Below are positions 60,632 through 64,000 of a DNA stretch of 64,000 nt, in pieces (the first letter of the stretch is position 1; each line of letters begins with the position of its first letter). Origin of the DNA: an uncultured Holophagales bacterium (GTDB lineage Bacteria > Acidobacteriota > Thermoanaerobaculia > Multivoradales > UBA5704); NCBI GenBank assembly GCA_963842525.1, contig CAWJGT010000025.1, forward strand, positions 160,001 through 224,000. The letters are read 5' to 3'. The notes beneath the pieces are model-generated. The model searched no databases. It was not told the origin of the DNA and worked only from the letters and a program-made list of their open reading frames with translations. The position numbers and the translations under genes were made by a program.

Positions 60632-61795
60632 TCAACTGCCTGTGACCTCGAAATCCCGCGCCAGGGAGTCCGCGACCGCAAGCCCCTCCAGAGTAGGGAC
60701 GAGCCGGCCGGCTTCCGGCCTCAGGAGCCTCTCGCCGGTCAGGCGCTCGATCAGACGCGCATTTATCGCCGCCAGGTCCACACCATAGCGCTCCTGGAAA
60801 AGTTCCAGATCGATCCCCTCAGCCGTTCTGAACCCGAGCATCAGGGCCTCGACAGCCAGATCATCCCGAGTCAGTTCCTCGCCATCCGCCACCGGCCGCT
60901 CGCCGCTGTCGATCCGGGCCTCCCAGGGCTTGAGCTCCCGCTCGTTCCACCAGCGCCGTGTGCCGGAGAAGGAATGGGCCGAGGGGCCAAGGCCGAGATA
61001 GGGGGTGTGATCCCAGTATTTCTGGTTGTGACGGGACCGGTGCTCCGGCGAGCGAGCGAAGTTCGAGACCTCGTAGCCCGGATATCCATGGTCCGCGAGG
61101 AACCGGTGCGTGAGCAGGAAAAGCTCCGCCTGCTCGGGCTCGGGAATCTCGGCCATCTTGCCGCGGGCGAGCCGGAACCCGAACGGCGTCCCCTCGTGGA
61201 TCGTGAGCTGATAGCAGGAGAGATGGTCAGGCTTCAGGGCGACAGCTTCCTCCAGCATACGCCGCCAATCCGCGGCGGTCTGGCCGGGCAATCCATAGAT
61301 CAGATCGATCGAGACCGTATCGAAGCCGGCCTCGCGGGCGAGCTCGACGCTGCGCTGCGCCTCTTCGGGGGTATGTCGGCGGCCCAGGAAGCGAAGGGCC
61401 GCGGGATGCAAGGACTGGATGCCGAGGGAGAGGAACCGCACCCCCAGATCCCGCCAAGCTTTGACGCTCGCGGGCGTCACATCCTCCGGATTGGCCTCGA
61501 AGAAGATCCAGGCGTCTTCACGGATCGAAAGGTTTTCCCGGATCGCGGCGAGGATGCGCGAGTAGTCCCCGGGCAGGAGCGCCGAGGGCGTACCACCGCC
61601 AAAGTAGATCGTGTCGATCGACTCGAACCGGGCGCGGTCGTCGTGCCACATCCGGATCTCGGTCAACAGATGCTCGACGAAGCGCGCCCGGTGCTCGCGT
61701 CCGCCGGTCAGGACCGCAAAGTCACAGTACGGGCAGATGGCGGAGCAGAAGGGGATGTGGAGGTAGAGTCCGGGGCTCAGAGTCTCTTCCTCCAC
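60632..61795 (-). CDS. hemW: Radical SAM heme chaperone HemW
   Basis: LYLHIPFCSAICPYCDF, TIYFGGGTPS, EANP, SIDLIYGLPGQ, YEVSNF, HNQKYW, GLGPSAHS; start uncertain. Confidence 0.9.
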   Translation of the reverse strand: MEEETLSPGLYLHIPFCSAICPYCDFAVLTGGREHRARFVEHLLTEIRMWHDDRARFESIDTIYFGGGTPSALLPGDYSRILAAIRENLSIREDAWIFFEANPEDVTPASVKAWRDLGVRFLSLGIQSLHPAALRFLGRRHTPEEAQRSVELAREAGFDTVSIDLIYGLPGQTAADWRRMLEEAVALKPDHLSCYQLTIHEGTPFGFRLARGKMAEIPEPEQAELFLLTHRFLADHGYPGYEVSNFARSPEHRSRHNQKYWDHTPYLGLGPSAHSFSGTRRWWNERELKPWEARIDSGERPVADGEELTRDDLAVEALMLGFRTAEGIDLELFQERYGVDLAAINARLIERLTGERLLRPEAGRLVPTLEGLAVADSLARDFEVTGS

Positions 61796-62039
61796 CAGCC
61801 GGGCCTGCGATGCTGGTGGCCGATCGCCGGTCGTAATGCCGTGCGGCCTCGAACAGATCGCCTCGCGCACGGGTGTGGTCATGATCCTGACCTCTACGAG
61901 ATTCTACCGCGTGTCCATGCCTCCGGCACATCCCCGGAGTCTCGCGCGAGCAGGGAGCGGCTCTCCGGGGCCCCAGACCGGGCCGCTCCCCGTCTACACA
62001 TACGTCGATTTTCAAAGAGCCCTGCTCCGACAGCGACCA

Positions 62040-62513
62040 TGGAAGCGGTCGACATCGATTCGATGATGCTGTCACGGATGCGATGAGTATGTCAATGCAT
62101 CCAGAGGAAGGGGAGAGATACAGTCGATCCAGAGTCATCCGGTAAGCATGCGGAGTCATCTGCATCGATCCAGAGTCACCCGACAAGCATCTCGAGACCC
62201 TGACAGGTATGCAGCGTCGCCTCGATCTATATCGGGTCCTCTCCGATCGATCCAGGTTATCGGACAAGCATCCCGAGTCACCTGACAGGCCTACTGACTG
62301 GCCTGGATCGATCCAGCTCGCTTCGGATGCATCCAGGGTCGCCTAGACCGATCTCGGGTCACGCTGCACGCATCGGGTGTCACTGGACAGGTCTACAGGG
62401 CGGCGTGGATCGATCCAGCTCGCCCCGGATGCATCCAGGGTCGCCTCGATCGATCGCAGGTCACGCGGCAGGCATCGGAGTTACCCGATAGGCGTACAGA
62501 TCGCTCCGGATCG
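62040..62513. repeat. Degenerate ~21-bp-period repeat tract
   Basis: Recurring GATCC/GCATC..GAGTC; GGATCGATCCAGCTCGC..CGGATGCATCCAGGGTCGCCT at ~62305 and ~62407. Confidence 0.55.
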
Positions 62514-64000
62514 CTATACGGAGCCCGCCGCCTCCCCCGCCCGGGCATAGGTCTTCATCAGCGGCTCCCTGCGGCCCAGGCGCTCTTCGGCGGCTTTGAC
62601 GAGGTCGGCGAGGCCTTGGCGCTTGGCGGCGCTGACGGCGACTCCGTCGTAGCGGACGGCCAGGGTGCGGGCGTCCTCGGGGGTGATGAGGTCGGCCTTG
62701 TTGAGGACGACGAGGCGCGGGATGTCGCCCAGGTGGAGGTCCTGGAGGATCTTCTCGACGGCCTTGAGCTTCTGCTCCAGGCGCGGATCGGCGATGTCCA
62801 CGACGTGCAGCAGGAGGTCGGCGTCGGACAGCTCTTCCAGGGTGGCCCGGAAGGCGGCGATCAGGTCCTTCGGCAGGTCGGCGATGAAGCCGACGGTGTC
62901 GGTGATCACCACCTCGCCTTCGCGCGGGAAGCGCAGGCGGCGGCTGGTCGGGTCGAGGGTCATGAAGAGCTTGTCGGCGGCCTCGATCGTGCTGCCGGTC
63001 ATGGCGTTCAGGAGCGTGCTCTTGCCGGCGTTCGTGTAGCCGATGATCGAGAGCACGGGGACGCCCTCTTCGCGGCGGCGCCGGCGGCGGACGTCGCGCT
63101 GCCGCGAGAGGTTCTCGACTTCCTTCTCCAGGGAGCGGATGCGGTCGCGGATCCGCCGCCGGCCGATCTCCATCACGGTCTCGCCGGGACCCCGGCCGCC
63201 GATGCCGCCGGCCAGGCGCGACAGGCCCGCATCCCTTTCGGTCAGGCGCGGCAGCGAGTACTTGAGCTGCGCCAGCTCGACCTGCAGCTTGCCGTCGCGG
63301 CTGCGGGCGCGCTGGGCGAAGACGTCCAGGATGAGCTGGGTGCGGTCGATTGCCTTGAGGCCGGTGGCGTCCTCGAAGGCGCGTGCCTGGCCGGGTTTCA
63401 GGTCGATGTCGAAGATGGCCACGGAGGCGCGGCGGCGCATGCCCTCGAGCACGATGTCCTGGAGCTTGCCGGCGCCGACGACGGTCCGCGGGTGCACCTT
63501 GGAGCGGCGCTGGCGCATGGTGCCGGCGACGGTCACGTCCGCCGAGCGGACCAGCTCGAGCATCTCCTCGAAGTGCTCGTCGTCCGGGACGATGCCGATC
63601 ACCAGGGCGCGCTCCTGCTCGGTGGCGCCGGAATCGCCGACGACGCGGGCGAGCTCTTCCTCCAGGGCGCGCATGGTGGCGTCGAAGTCGAACGAGGCGG
63701 CGAGCTGGTGGACGTCGGGCTCCTGGATGCGCTCGAACAGATCGACGCCGTGGCCGTTCTCCTCCGCGGCCGTGGCTGGAGCGTTCGGCGCGAGATGCGC
63801 CACTTCGACCCGGCCGGGCAGGCCGCTGTCGAGCACCTCGATCATGGCGACCAGGTCCAGCCGCAGGAGCGCCAGGTCGTTCAGGTCGTCCTTGGTGAGC
63901 GGCTCGCCCTTGAGGTGCGTATGGACGAGGCGGAGGCCGCGGAAGCGGGAAGCTCCGCCGCGCAGGCGGCCCACGTCCGGCAGGTCCATCTTGTGGGCGT
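62514..64000 (-). CDS. hflX: GTPase HflX (long form), 5' end outside window
   Basis: [59 protein letters not shown]. Confidence 0.95.
   Translation of the reverse strand, partial: AHKMDLPDVGRLRGGASRFRGLRLVHTHLKGEPLTKDDLNDLALLRLDLVAMIEVLDSGLPGRVEVAHLAPNAPATAAEENGHGVDLFERIQEPDVHQLAASFDFDATMRALEEELARVVGDSGATEQERALVIGIVPDDEHFEEMLELVRSADVTVAGTMRQRRSKVHPRTVVGAGKLQDIVLEGMRRRASVAIFDIDLKPGQARAFEDATGLKAIDRTQLILDVFAQRARSRDGKLQVELAQLKYSLPRLTERDAGLSRLAGGIGGRGPGETVMEIGRRRIRDRIRSLEKEVENLSRQRDVRRRRRREEGVPVLSIIGYTNAGKSTLLNAMTGSTIEAADKLFMTLDPTSRRLRFPREGEVVITDTVGFIADLPKDLIAAFRATLEELSDADLLLHVVDIADPRLEQKLKAVEKILQDLHLGDIPRLVVLNKADLITPEDARTLAVRYDGVAVSAAKRQGLADLVKAAEERLGRREPLMKTYARAGEAAGSV

Overview
GC-rich bacterial chromosome segment. 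Gene style and repeats suggest Acidobacteriota/Thermoanaerobaculia (inference only). The backbone carries partial topB, a phd-vapC toxin-antitoxin pair, an archaeal-type ATPase, a D-aminoacylase, a PaaZ-like aldehyde dehydrogenase, a TonB-dependent receptor, TlpA, FKBP, a TMTC-like protein, vapBC45, a glycogen debranching enzyme, Fic, parC/parE, two DUF1579 paralogs, hemW and partial hflX. A ~31-kb integrative island (~11.23-42.07 kb) sits between two inverted REP-like hairpins. It holds: (1) a P4-like tyrosine integrase, AlpA, a rep-like gene and an ori-like region; (2) a secreted repeat-core peptide (SENGSxL[ED]PNG x2) next to a TPR-like protein; (3) a lower-GC, partly decayed defence block (TIR-NB-ARC, CAP12-type TIR and SNF2 remnants, and a TPR / HExxH / CxxC-CHAT operon); (4) a tightly coupled ~11-kb operon of nucleoside/sugar-modifying enzymes (SPASM-type radical SAM, FGE-sulfatase, B12 radical SAM, nucleoside phosphorylase + NAGPA-like, PRTase-like, DUF89 phosphatase, GT4) ending in a TIR-WD40 remnant, with an IS1182 just upstream; (5) ~3.5 kb of non-coding mosaic repeats. 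Many single-base frameshifts occur, including one in parC, which suggests assembly indel errors, so pseudogene calls are tentative. No tRNA, rRNA or CRISPR array could be supported.
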